Assembly (NCBI GenBank): GCA_965207675.1
Contig: CBDBMY010000010.1
Coordinates: 745,000-808,999, forward strand
DNA: 64,000 bases
Reading direction: 5' to 3'
Source of the DNA: Vicinamibacterales bacterium
GTDB lineage: Bacteria; Acidobacteriota; Vicinamibacteria; Vicinamibacterales; UBA8438
Shown: piece by piece, positions 37,789 through 47,602 of the stretch
Numbering within the stretch: position 1 is the stretch's first letter
Layout of the letters: each line of letters begins with the position of its first letter
Notes under the pieces: model-generated
Database searches by the model: none
Told to the model about the DNA's origin: nothing
What the model saw: the letters and a program-made list of their open reading frames with translations, nothing else
Made by a program: the position numbers and the translations under genes

Positions 37789-38325
37789 ATGAAGAACATC
37801 GCCGCAACGGCCCTGCTGCTCTTTGCCGCCGGCGCCGCGCCGGCGGCGGCGCAGCCGGCGTGGACCACGACGGAGCTGGGCGGCGGCAGCGCCCAGTTCC
37901 AGCTCACGAACGAGGACGGGGCGTCGCTCATCCTCGTGTGCGAGCTCCGGGGCGTCAACGGGGGGTTCGAGTTTCCCGCGCCCGTGGACCCGACGGAACG
38001 GGCCACCCTGCGCGCCGTTCCCGGCGAGCGCCAGAACGTGGCGGTCGTGCCCATCAGCGACCGCCTGTTCCAGCTGACCGGCGGCCGGGGCGTCGATACG
38101 TTCCTGCGGCTGCTGCGCACCACCGCGAATCTCCGAGTGACCCTGAGCGGTGAGCGGGCGGCCTTCCAGGTGTTCGGCAGCGACTCGATCGTGTCGGAGT
38201 GTCTGCAGCGGCAGGAGCCGCCGCCCGGGGGCTCCGCCAGCTCTTCTGTTCGTGGTGGGTGGGCGTCGCCGTCCGGATTCCCGAATCGGGTCCCCCTGCG
38301 CTTGGTCAACCCTGTGACGCCGTAA
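37789..38325 (+). CDS. Small secreted two-Cys protein, paralog of 46958..47428
   Basis: Signal peptide MKNIAATALLLFAAGAAPAAAQ. Collinear with the other copy (GGGxAxFxL, ILxCxLxGV, VPGERQNxAVxPxSDR, LLRLLRTTANL, FxVFGS...CLxRQ). Confidence 0.6.
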   Translation: MKNIAATALLLFAAGAAPAAAQPAWTTTELGGGSAQFQLTNEDGASLILVCELRGVNGGFEFPAPVDPTERATLRAVPGERQNVAVVPISDRLFQLTGGRGVDTFLRLLRTTANLRVTLSGERAAFQVFGSDSIVSECLQRQEPPPGGSASSSVRGGWASPSGFPNRVPLRLVNPVTP

Positions 38326-38330
38326 TCGAC

Positions 38331-38361
38331 CGGGCCGGAAGCTCACGTCGCTTCCGGCCCG
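38331..38361. terminator. 12-bp GC-rich hairpin between convergent genes (bidirectional terminator candidate)
   Basis: CGGGCCGGAAGC-tcacgtc-GCTTCCGGCCCG. No clear U-tract. Confidence 0.45.
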
Positions 38362-38386
38362 GCCTGCCCGAAACGTCAACCCCCCG

Positions 38387-41300
38387 CTAGAACCCGTAGC
38401 GCAGGCCGAAGTTCGCCTGACGCGGGAACCCGCCGCCCCGCAGCGACGTGTAGTTCAAGAACGAACCGCTGTTCTGGTTCCCGTTGGCCGGGTTCCAGTT
38501 CGTGCGGTTGGTCAGGTTGATGACGTCCAGGTAGATGTCGATCGTCTGGTCCGCGCGCGGGCGCACGCGATAGCCGAACCGGAGGTCGAGCTGGAGGTAG
38601 TCGGCCGAGCGCGCCGCGGCCTGGCACCCGACGGCGTTGATCAGCTCGCAGCTGCCCCGGGTCTGTTCCACCGTGATGGGGTTCGCCCCGGTGCCGGTGT
38701 ACATCCCGGGCGGCAGCGGATCCCAGAGCGAGCCGTTCTGGTTGATGTCGATCGTGCTGTCGTAGATCGTGAACGGCAGCTCGGTCATGTAGCGGAGGAT
38801 GGCGGCGGCGGTGATGCCGCCCGGGAGCTCGGTGTTCCCGCTGAGGGTCAGGATGTGCCGCCGGTCGGTCTCGGCATCCTGCCAGTTCTCGGCCATGTTG
38901 AGCTCGCCGAGCACCTGGCTCTGGACGCCGTTGAGGCTCGGCCCGTTGGTGCCGTACTGCTCGAACGAGTTTCCGTGCGAGTGTCCCCACGCATACGACA
39001 GGCGGGCGCCCCATCGGTCGGCGTAGCGCTTCTCCACCGCGAGGTTCAGCGCGTCGTACGAGGACCGCCCGACGCTCTCGATGGACAGCACGCGGTTGAT
39101 GAACGTGCCCGCGAGCGGGTACCCCGTGCGGGGATCCATGGCGCCCCCGGGGTAGAACACCGTGTCCGTCCGGTCCTCGACCCGTTGCCCTCCGAAGGCG
39201 CCTCCCACGTCGTAGTAGGTCAGCGGGTCGGACTGGCTCATCCCGTCATGCCGAAACGGCGCGAGGTAGTTGATCCGGTTGAGCAGGTCGCGGCCCCGCA
39301 TCATGATGTAGTCGGCCGAGACCGACAGGGTCGGCATCAGCTCGCGCTCGTAGCCCACCGTGAACTGGTGGAACCAGGGCTGGTTCCGCCGCTCGTTGTC
39401 GAGGTAGACGCGGGCCTGGTTCAGCTGCTCGGCCCCCGAGAAATTGGCGGCGACCCAGTCGTGGTTGACGAGCACGCACCCGTTGGTGGGGTTGCCGGTG
39501 GCCGGCGGGCACTGGGAGAAGAGCGGGTCGCCCGGCCTCACGATGATGGTCGCGGCGATGAGCTCCGGATCGGTCGCCGGCAGCCCGAGCCGCGGGTTGG
39601 GGTCGCGGTTGAAGTTCCGCGGGAAGGTGACGTCGAACGACGACTGGGTGGCGGGGTCCTGCAGGACGTTGTCGAGCCCGCTCAGGAGCGTCCGGTCGTA
39701 GAAGCGGCCGTAGCCGACCCGCATGACCGACCGGCCGTCGCCCTCCACGTCGTAGGCGACCGACAGCCGGGGCGAGAAGTTGTCCCAGTCGCGCGGATCC
39801 TCGCCCGGCGGCATCAGCGGATTGGTCGTCAGCCTCCCGTGCAGCCGCTCGGCGTCGTATCTGATGCCGAGCCCGAGGGTCCATCGGTCGTTGAGCGTCC
39901 ACTTGTCCTGGAAGAACAGCTCCAGGCTGTCGCCGGGGTAGTCGAAGAACCGCCCGTTGGGGTCGCCGACCCGAATCCGGAGCCGGTCGGGGTAGGTGAA
40001 GAGGTTGTCGACGTCGAAGGGCAGGGTCTCGCTCGCCATCCGGAACTCCCCGCCGAGGTGATTCTCGCTGAAGTCCCTGATGGCGTTCACGTTCCAGCTG
40101 CCCCCGAACTTGACGTCGTGGTCGCCCATCTTGTCGGGGATGAACCACGACGTCGTGTTGGTGAACTGCCACTGGAAGTCGTCGCGGCCGCCCGAGGTGG
40201 TGTCGATGTTGTCCTGGTAGCTGCTGGTGTAGTACCCGGGCGGCAGGTCGCGCATCACGCCGGTCCGCAGCGTCGGTCCGCCCGCGGCGACCCACTGCGA
40301 GGCCCCGCCCGCGAACCGCTCCTCGCTCCGCATGCCCCGGAACGTGTTGACCACGTTGTTGCCGAGGACGCTGGTGGCGCTCCCGACGATCATCCACTCG
40401 TCGTCGTCGTTCTCCGAGGTCGCGTTGATCGTCCGCAGGGTCGACGCGAACACGTTGAGCTCGGGACTCAGCTCGCGCAGGTGCCGCACCGCGAACGAGT
40501 GGTTGGCGCTCAGCTGCTGGTCATAGCGGAGCAGGTAGTTCCAGGCCTGCCAGTCCTCGTTCGACGTGCGGTCCAGGTCGCGGCGGTTGTTGAAGATGCG
40601 CGTCCGGCCCGGCTTGGTGAGCCGCCGCTCGAGGCTGGTGAAGAAGTGGGCCCGGTCGCGGATGACGGGGCCGCCGAGCACGCCGCCGAACTCGTACTTG
40701 CTGTTCTCGGGCTTGTCGTTGCCCGCCTGCTGGGTGAGGTAGTCCGTCGCCGTCATCGCCGTCGACGTGCTGTAGCTGAAGGCGGCGCCGCTGATCTGGT
40801 TGGTGCCCCGCTTCGTCACCGCGTTGATGATGGCGCCGCTCGCCCGACCGAACTCGGCGTCGAACTGGTTGGTGATGACCTGGAACTCGGAGACCGACTC
40901 GATCGCCACCTTCACCTGACTGCCGCCCGCGCCCGCGCTGGTGGAGTCGGCGTTGTTCGCGCCGTCGGTGTTCAGCGTGCTCGCCGCCCCGGTCTGCCCG
41001 TTGGCGATGATCGAGTCGTTGCCCTGCGACGCCGACGGGTTGAACTGAAGGCCCGGCAGGGTCGCGATGGCGGCGAACGCGGACCGGTTCACCAGAGGCA
41101 GCTCCACCAGCTCGTCGGCCTGGACGGTGCCCCCCACCTCGGCGGAGGTCAGGTCGACCAGCGGCGTCTCGCCCGAGACGGTGATGGTCTCCTCGATGCC
41201 GCCGACGGTCAGCACCATGTCGAGGTCGGTCGTCTGGCCGACGGTCAGCACGTAGTCGGTCCGCTCGGCGGTCGAGAAGCCCGGCAGCGTCGCGGTCACC

Positions 41301-41539
41301 GTGAAGGTGCCGGGCAACAGCTGCGCCGCGAAGTAGGTGCCGTCACTCGAGGTGAGGAGCTCGCGGAACGTGCCGTCGTCCTGGTTCGTGATGAGAACGG
41401 TGACGCCCGGCAGGACGCCGCCCTGTTCATCGGTTACGCGACCACGAAGCTCCGTTCGACCGACCTGAGCGAGAGCGAGAGTAGCCGTCGCACCGAGCAA
41501 CAGTGCGCCGGTGACCAGCAACGCTGTGAGTCTCCGCAT
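38387..41539 (-). CDS. TonB-dependent receptor with N-terminal carboxypeptidase-regulatory-like domain (Oar-like)
   Basis: Signal peptide, then ELRGRVTDEQGGVLPGVTVLITNQDDGTFRELLTSSDGTYFAAQLLPGTFTVTATLPGF, a plug region, and a C-terminal barrel ending FPRQANFGLRYGF. Confidence 0.85.
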   Translation of the reverse strand: MRRLTALLVTGALLLGATATLALAQVGRTELRGRVTDEQGGVLPGVTVLITNQDDGTFRELLTSSDGTYFAAQLLPGTFTVTATLPGFSTAERTDYVLTVGQTTDLDMVLTVGGIEETITVSGETPLVDLTSAEVGGTVQADELVELPLVNRSAFAAIATLPGLQFNPSASQGNDSIIANGQTGAASTLNTDGANNADSTSAGAGGSQVKVAIESVSEFQVITNQFDAEFGRASGAIINAVTKRGTNQISGAAFSYSTSTAMTATDYLTQQAGNDKPENSKYEFGGVLGGPVIRDRAHFFTSLERRLTKPGRTRIFNNRRDLDRTSNEDWQAWNYLLRYDQQLSANHSFAVRHLRELSPELNVFASTLRTINATSENDDDEWMIVGSATSVLGNNVVNTFRGMRSEERFAGGASQWVAAGGPTLRTGVMRDLPPGYYTSSYQDNIDTTSGGRDDFQWQFTNTTSWFIPDKMGDHDVKFGGSWNVNAIRDFSENHLGGEFRMASETLPFDVDNLFTYPDRLRIRVGDPNGRFFDYPGDSLELFFQDKWTLNDRWTLGLGIRYDAERLHGRLTTNPLMPPGEDPRDWDNFSPRLSVAYDVEGDGRSVMRVGYGRFYDRTLLSGLDNVLQDPATQSSFDVTFPRNFNRDPNPRLGLPATDPELIAATIIVRPGDPLFSQCPPATGNPTNGCVLVNHDWVAANFSGAEQLNQARVYLDNERRNQPWFHQFTVGYERELMPTLSVSADYIMMRGRDLLNRINYLAPFRHDGMSQSDPLTYYDVGGAFGGQRVEDRTDTVFYPGGAMDPRTGYPLAGTFINRVLSIESVGRSSYDALNLAVEKRYADRWGARLSYAWGHSHGNSFEQYGTNGPSLNGVQSQVLGELNMAENWQDAETDRRHILTLSGNTELPGGITAAAILRYMTELPFTIYDSTIDINQNGSLWDPLPPGMYTGTGANPITVEQTRGSCELINAVGCQAAARSADYLQLDLRFGYRVRPRADQTIDIYLDVINLTNRTNWNPANGNQNSGSFLNYTSLRGGGFPRQANFGLRYGF

Positions 41540-41892
41540 ACTTTGCCTCCTCCAGAGGTATCTTCGAAGTACGGACGAACTCATTGCAGTACTTGTTCCA
41601 AGCTCGACTTCAAGTCAGTTTCCGGCGCTCCGTCCTGGTCTCCTCGATGCCCCCCACCGTGACGATGACGTGATTCCCGTCATTGCCCGTCCTTCCAATG
41701 CCGGCGGAAACGCTCCCGGGAGCCGAGCGAATCCAACACATCGGATCGCCAACCAACCGTTTGGGCGGTCACCCCTTCCCGCATGGACGGGCTCGCGCGG
41801 CGCGCGGCGAGCTTGGACGCAGCCGGGAATCTGCGCGGTCCGGCAGATTCCCGGCGGAAGCCACGGCAGGCCGTCGGAGCCGCGGTCCGCGG

Positions 41893-42870
41893 CTACGGCT
41901 GGATCGACGACAGGATGCCGGTCGCCGTCGCCGCGAAGCGGCCGTTCGGCTCGCGGTCGAGGTAGATCCTGAACTCGGCCGCCGCCTCGGCCATCTGGCC
42001 GGCGTTGAGGTTCGCCATGCCGAGCCAGTAGTGGGCCTCGCCGTGATTGGGGTCGAGCTCGAGGGTCCGCTCGAACTGCTGCCGGGCCTCGTCGAGGCGT
42101 CCCGAGTTCCAGAAGATGAGGCCCTGGTCGAACACGGCGGTGGGGTCGTCTGCCCCGCCTCCGCCGGAGAGCCGCGCCGATGCGGCGCTCGCCTCGGCCG
42201 CGTCGTCGAACCGCCGCTGCGCGTTGTAGATCTCGGCCAGTCCGTCGTAGGTCTCGGCGTTGGCCGGTTCCAGGGCCAGCGCCGCCCGGAAGGCCGCCTC
42301 GGCCTCGTCGTACGCCCCCAGCCGGCCTTGCACGATGCCGAGGTTGCGCTGGCACTCGGCGCACTCCGGCGTCGTCTCGAGCGCCGCCCGGAAGAACGCG
42401 ACGGCTGCCGCGAGGTCGCCCCCGCGGAACGCGGACAGCCCCTGCTCGAAGGCGTCGGTGGTGGCGGCGCGGGCGTCGAGCGCGGCGCGCTCCTCCTCCG
42501 ACACGCTCTCCCGGTACACCTCCTCGAGGGTCCGCAGCGCCAGGTCCTGCTCGAGCTCCTGCCCGGCGCTGAGGTCGATCGCGACGCGGTTGATGCCGAC
42601 GCCCTCCTTGATCGCGGTGAGGGTGTAGGGGCCGCGAACGAGCCCCATCTGCAGGTACTCGCCCTCGGCGTTCGTCGTCACCTCGTAGCTCCGTGCGAGG
42701 CCGCCTTCGTACACCAGCGTGACTGTGACGCCGTCCACGACCTGGCCGGCGGCGTCGGTGATCACGCCGAAGACACGGGCGTTGTTCTGCGCCGGCGCCG
42801 TCGCCGCCGCGGCGAGCGCGACAGCGATGAACGGGACGAGCGAGCGGCACAGTCTGGTTGTTGCGAACAT
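41893..42870 (-). CDS. Secreted protein with a carboxypeptidase-regulatory-like domain followed by TPR repeats
   Basis: Signal peptide, then ARVFGVITDAAGQVVDGVTVTLVYEG...GPYTLTAIKEG. Several TPR-like units follow (AEAAFRAALALEPANAETYDGLAEIY, ARQQFERTLELDPNHGEAHYWLGMA). Confidence 0.75.
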   Translation of the reverse strand: MFATTRLCRSLVPFIAVALAAAATAPAQNNARVFGVITDAAGQVVDGVTVTLVYEGGLARSYEVTTNAEGEYLQMGLVRGPYTLTAIKEGVGINRVAIDLSAGQELEQDLALRTLEEVYRESVSEEERAALDARAATTDAFEQGLSAFRGGDLAAAVAFFRAALETTPECAECQRNLGIVQGRLGAYDEAEAAFRAALALEPANAETYDGLAEIYNAQRRFDDAAEASAASARLSGGGGADDPTAVFDQGLIFWNSGRLDEARQQFERTLELDPNHGEAHYWLGMANLNAGQMAEAAAEFRIYLDREPNGRFAATATGILSSIQP

Positions 42871-43584
42871 GGCCTCTTCCCCTTTCCACTTCGACATGGC
42901 TTCACGCGAGCAATCGACGCCGGTCCGCCCGATCGTGCGGGTGATACCCACGGTTGATTTCGACTATAGTGGGCAACTGAACCTATCCTACCAGCGCGCC
43001 GCGGCGATTGCACCGGCCGCGAGGCGTTGGGCTCCGGACGGCGGCCGTCGCGCCCGACCGGACCGTTTGGCGTCTCGACCCCGCGGAGCTCGCCCGAAGG
43101 GAGACACGCACTGCTGAAGACGCTCGCCACGGCGGTGGCCCTCGCGATTCCACTGCATTGGACGCCTTGGCCCGGTCCGGTTGGGCCGCGTCACAAGGAC
43201 AACGTCTGGGACGTGTCAACATGAACCGAAACGAGCTCTGCCGGCCGGAGCGGCGACTGCCGGCACGTGTCTTGCACGATATCGAACGTCGCCTCCCGCA
43301 GGGAGATCGACCCAGGCCGCCCTGTCGGCTTCCGGGGGGCGCGAGCGGCGCGTCGAGCCCGCCTCGGATCGATATCGCAGCCATCAGGCGTGGGGGCTTC
43401 GTGAAACGACGGACGAGGATTCTCGTTGCCGCCGCCCGGCCCGGCGAGAAGCCATCCTGATCGCGAATCAGGTGTCCCGAAGGAGGTGGCAGCCAACCTG
43501 GACAACCCACGCGTCGTCGCCGTCCGGCGTCGAGCAGACATCACGTCGTTACCCTCGGAGATTCGTCTTTGCAGGAGGTGGAAC

Positions 43585-46500
43585 GTGCGGAAGCTCGCAG
43601 GACTCACGGCGACCGTCATCCTCGTCGCCCTGACGGCGACAGCAGCCGTTGCCCAGCAGGGCACGGCCGAGCTTCGGGGCAGCGTGACGGACGAGCAGGG
43701 CGGGGCCCTGCCGGGCGTCGCCATCCTCATCACGAACCAGGACAGCGGCACCTTCCGGGAAGCGCTCTCCGGCGGGGACGGCAGCTTCTTCGCCAGCCAG
43801 ATGCTGCCGGGCACCTTCACCATCACCGCCCAGCTGCCCGGGTTCCGCACGTTCGAGCGGACCGGCTTCGCCATCGGCGTCGGGCGGACGCTCGACCTCG
43901 ACATCGTGATGACGATCGGCCAGCTCGAGGAGACCATCACCGTCTCGGGCGAGGCGCCGCTCGTCGACCTCACGTCGGCCGAGGTGGGGGGCACCATCAC
44001 CAGCGAGGACCTGACCGAGCTGCCGCTGGGCAACCGCAGCTACTTCTCGGCGGTGGCCCTGCTGCCGGGGATGCAGTTCAGGCCGTCGTCCAGCCTCGGC
44101 AACGACTCGATCATCGCCAACGGGCAGCACCCGGGCACCAACAACGTGCAGGTCGACGGCTCGGCGAACAACGACGACAACTCCGGCACCTCGGCGGGGG
44201 GTCAGACCCGCGTCGCCCTCGAGTCGGTGCAGGAGTTCCAGGTGATCACGAACCAGTTCGACGCCGAGTTCGGCCGGGCCACGGCGCGGTGGTCAATTCG
44301 ATCACGAAGCGGGGGACCAACGAGTTCACCGGCGCGCTGTTCAACTACTTCACGTCGTCGGCGATGACCGACTCGACGTGCTGTCGCTCCAGCGGGGAAT
44401 CGAGAAGCCCGACCAGCAAGCAGGAGTTCGGCGGCGTCATCGGCGGGCCGATCCTCCAGGACCGGATGCACTTCTTCTTCAGCCTGGAGCGGCAGCTCGT
44501 CGCCCCGAGCCGGACGCGCGTCTTCCCGGACGAGCGGTCCGACCTGAACTACTCGACGACCGAGAGCTGGGAGGCCTGGAACTCGTTGATCCGCGCCGAC
44601 CACCAGGTCAACGCAGCAACTCCTGGGCGTTCCGCTGGCTGAGGGAGCTGGCGCCGCAGTTCGACCTGCTGGGCAGCCGGACCGCGACCTCGGCAGCTGG
44701 AGGACGAGACCGACAACGACCAGACCTACGTCGGGAGCTGGACCAGCGTCCTCGGCAGCTCGCAGGTGAACACGGTCCGGATCTCGGCGACGCGCGAGCA
44801 GTACTGGCGCGGCAATCCGTGCTGGCGGGCGCAGGGGACTTCGACCCTCACCGCGCGGGGCAGCACGGCGCAGGCGGCCTGCCTGCCGCAGTACCAGTAC
44901 CAGGACTTCCAGGACAACGCGCTGGGCAGTTCGCCAGAGGGAACCGCGACCACCACTGGAGCTACTCGAACACCTTCTCGTGGTTCGTCCGGACCGGGCC
45001 GGCGACCACGACCTCAAGTTCGGGGCCACCTACCACCGCACCAACATGTTGTGGCGCACCAGAGCGACCTGAACGGCCTGTTCGGGTTCGGGACCAACCG
45101 CGGCGTTCCACCGGGACGACTTCTCGACCTACCCGGAATGGTGCTCAGACATCCGCGTCGGCGGGCAGCTCTAGTACGCCCACGCTGTACAACACGCTGG
45201 AGGCGTACGCCCAGGACAAGTGGCAACTGAGCGACCGTCTGACCCTCAACCTGGGCGTCCGCTACGACCTGGAGGTCTTCCCTCTCGAGAACCCCGACAA
45301 CCCGTGGCGGGCCAGTTCAACGGCGGGGCGGAGGGCAACTACCCCATCGACTACAACAACGTCTCGCCGCGGACGTCGTTCGCGTACGACGTGGCGGGTG
45401 ACGGGCGCTCCGTCGTCCGGGGCGGCTACGGCATCTTCTACGACAAGACCATCGGCCTACCAGGTCACGCGGACGTCGCGGTTCGCGCCGTACTCCGATT
45501 CGTACGTGGTGCGCTTCCCGGCGACCGGCGTCGACCCGGGCCCCGAGATGGGCATGCGGCCGAGCGGCCACCTCGGGGGCCTTATCGACACGTCGACCAC
45601 CGGCTGCCCGGCCCAGGTGAACAACGGCGGATGCCTGGCCATCAACCGCGACTACCTCGACCAGTTGTTCCCGCCGGGGACCCGGGCCGTGAACACCGGT
45701 TGGGTCTTTTTCGACCACCCGGACCGGAAGCAGTCGTACACCCACCAGCTCACGTTCGGGTACGAGCGCGAGCTGACGCCGGTCCTGTCGGCGTCGGTCG
45801 ACTTCGTCAGCATGCACGGCCGCGACCGGCAGATGCTGATGGAGGCGCGCCCGCAGGTGCGCGACGGCATGCTGCGTGCGGATCCGGTGACCCGGATGGA
45901 CGCGCTCGGACTGGTGCCGGGGCTGAACGACGTGCTGATGTCGGGCGACAGCTACGAGGGAGGCCGCGTCTCGTTCGTGCAGAACCTCGGCACGAGCAAG
46001 TACCAGGCGCTCAACTTCCAGTGGAGAAGCGCTACAGCGACAACTGGCAGATGCGGGCGGTCTACTCCCTGGGCAAGTCGGAGGGCAACTCCCTACTACC
46101 TCGACGCGAACTGGGCGCAGGTCGGGAACGACCTGAACATCGACCAGCTCTGGGGGCCGAGCCGGTACGACCGCCGGCACAACGTGACGCTCAGCGGCCG
46201 GACGGAGATCCCGGTGTTCGGCGGCGTCACCTGAGCGGCGCCATGCGCTACATGAGCGGCGCGCCGTTCACGATCCACGACACCAACTTCGACCCGAACA
46301 TGAACGGGTGGGGTCCGGACCCGATCGCGGCCGGCATGTACGAGGGCGAGGCGGGCACCAACCGCAACCCCATCACGGTCGATAACGCCGGCGGGCCCGG
46401 GGCGCGTACGGGCCCGACTTCATGCAGTTCGACATCCGGCTCGGCCATCGGTCGCGCTGGAGCGACCGCCAGACGCTCGACATCTTCTTCGACGTCTTCA

Positions 46501-46634
46501 ACGTCACGAACCGCGGGAACTTCAACAACCCGACGGGGGACATGCGGTCGAGCAACTTCCTGAACCTCACCTCCCTGTGGGCGGGCAGCGGCTTCCCGCG
46601 GCAGGCGCAGTTCGGCATCCGCTGGGGGTACTAG
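43585..46634 (+). pseudogene. Oar-like TonB-dependent receptor, paralog of 49077..52160, disrupted by many frameshifts and at least one in-frame stop
   Basis: GGAGGTG SD plus GTG. Collinear homology to the intact paralog hops between ORFs 43426..44367, 43569..44642, 44378..46234, 44766..45230, 45220..46563 and 46422..46634. A TAG lies near 45171. Confidence 0.8.
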
Positions 46635-46725
46635 CCGAGACGGACGGCGTCGTCGAGGACTCGTTGCGGTCGGGCCGGGCGGCGGACGCGCCGTCCGGCC
46701 CGAACCGTAGAGCGGCGGCCCCAGC

Positions 46726-46834
46726 GTGGGTTCGGCGGCGACCTTCCCCCGTTGTCACCGCCTTGGTTTGGCAACCCTGGACCGGGGTCGCTGGATGTGC
46801 GTGGGTTCCGCGTCGACCTTCTCCGTTGTCACCG
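46726..46834. repeat. Two ~35-bp direct repeats, 75 bp apart, in an intergenic region
   Basis: GTGGGTTCnGCGnCGACCTTCnCCGTTGTCACCG at 46726-46760 and 46801-46834. Confidence 0.65.
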
Positions 46835-46957
46835 GGGTTGCCCGGCGCCTCGATCGCCGTCTGTTTCTCGTCGCCGGGCGCCCGGCATCTGGCAGAGAGC
46901 GAGCTCCAACACACCGTTCACCGTTCGGATGACGCGGCACCGCCGAGGGGAGACACC

Positions 46958-47428
46958 ATGTCGAGATCCATCGCCGCGTTGTTGACGGTCGCGGTTTCCG
47001 CGTCACCGGCGGCGGCGCAGGCCGTGTGGGACGCGCGGGAGCTCGGCGGAGGCGGGGCCGAGTTCCGGCTCGGCAACGGCGAGGGGGCCGCCATCATCCT
47101 CGCGTGCCAGCTCGGGGGCGTCAGCGCGGGGTTCGAGTTCGCCGAGCCGATCGAAACCACCGGAAGCGCGTCGGTTCGGGGGGTGCCCGGCGAGCGGCAG
47201 AACATCGCGGTGGCTCCGGTCAGCGACCGCGTGATCCGGGTCACGACGGGCCGGGGAATAGAGGTGCTTCTGCGGCTGCTGCGGACCACCGCCAACCTCT
47301 ACGTGCGCGCGGGCGGCGCACGCGCGAACTTCGAGGTGTTCGGGAGCGCCCCGCTCGTCACCCAGTGCCTGGAACGCCAGGACGAAGCGATACCCAACCC
47401 CACGCGCCGATTCCGCAGCTTCCGCTGA
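46958..47428 (+). CDS. Small secreted two-Cys protein, paralog of 37789..38325
   Basis: Signal peptide MSRSIAALLTVAVSASPAAAQA. Same conserved blocks and two Cys positions as the other copy. Confidence 0.6.
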   Translation: MSRSIAALLTVAVSASPAAAQAVWDARELGGGGAEFRLGNGEGAAIILACQLGGVSAGFEFAEPIETTGSASVRGVPGERQNIAVAPVSDRVIRVTTGRGIEVLLRLLRTTANLYVRAGGARANFEVFGSAPLVTQCLERQDEAIPNPTRRFRSFR

Positions 47429-47564
47429 CCTCGTTCGGCTCGGTCTCCCGCCCGGCGGCGCAACGGCCCGGCACCGTCCAGGCGGAGTCGTCCGGTGTCG
47501 GCCCGCCGGCGGCGGCACGGCCGCGCCGGCGCCGGCGATCCTCTCCAAACAGACAATCAGCCGC

Positions 47565-47593
47565 TTGCGTAACAGGCAATTGGCCGCTAGTGT
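47565..47593 (+). promoter_or_regulatory. Putative promoter TTGCGT-N17-TAGTGT, 9 nt upstream of the ATG (short leader)
   Basis: Spacing counted directly. It overlaps a direct repeat of GTAACAGGCA. Confidence 0.35.
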
Positions 47594-47602
47594 AACAGGC
47601 AC

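Noticed and set aside
42871-43584. Cobalamin (or other) riboswitch in the 715-nt region upstream of the TonB-receptor pseudogene
   Set aside because: There is no convincing B12 box or GCCACTG-type core; only loose resemblances such as TCCACTGC. The ORFs in the region (43008..43460 +, 42983..43510 -) look like GC artefacts. It would need an Infernal scan to settle.
3132-46634. Explaining all the frameshifts (ATPase, ABC ATPase, TonB receptor) as uniform sequencing error, for example a noisy long-read assembly
   Set aside because: The frameshifts are clustered in a few genes, while many 2-3-kb ORFs in the same window are uninterrupted. Uniform indel error would not give that pattern. Local error still cannot be excluded without reads.
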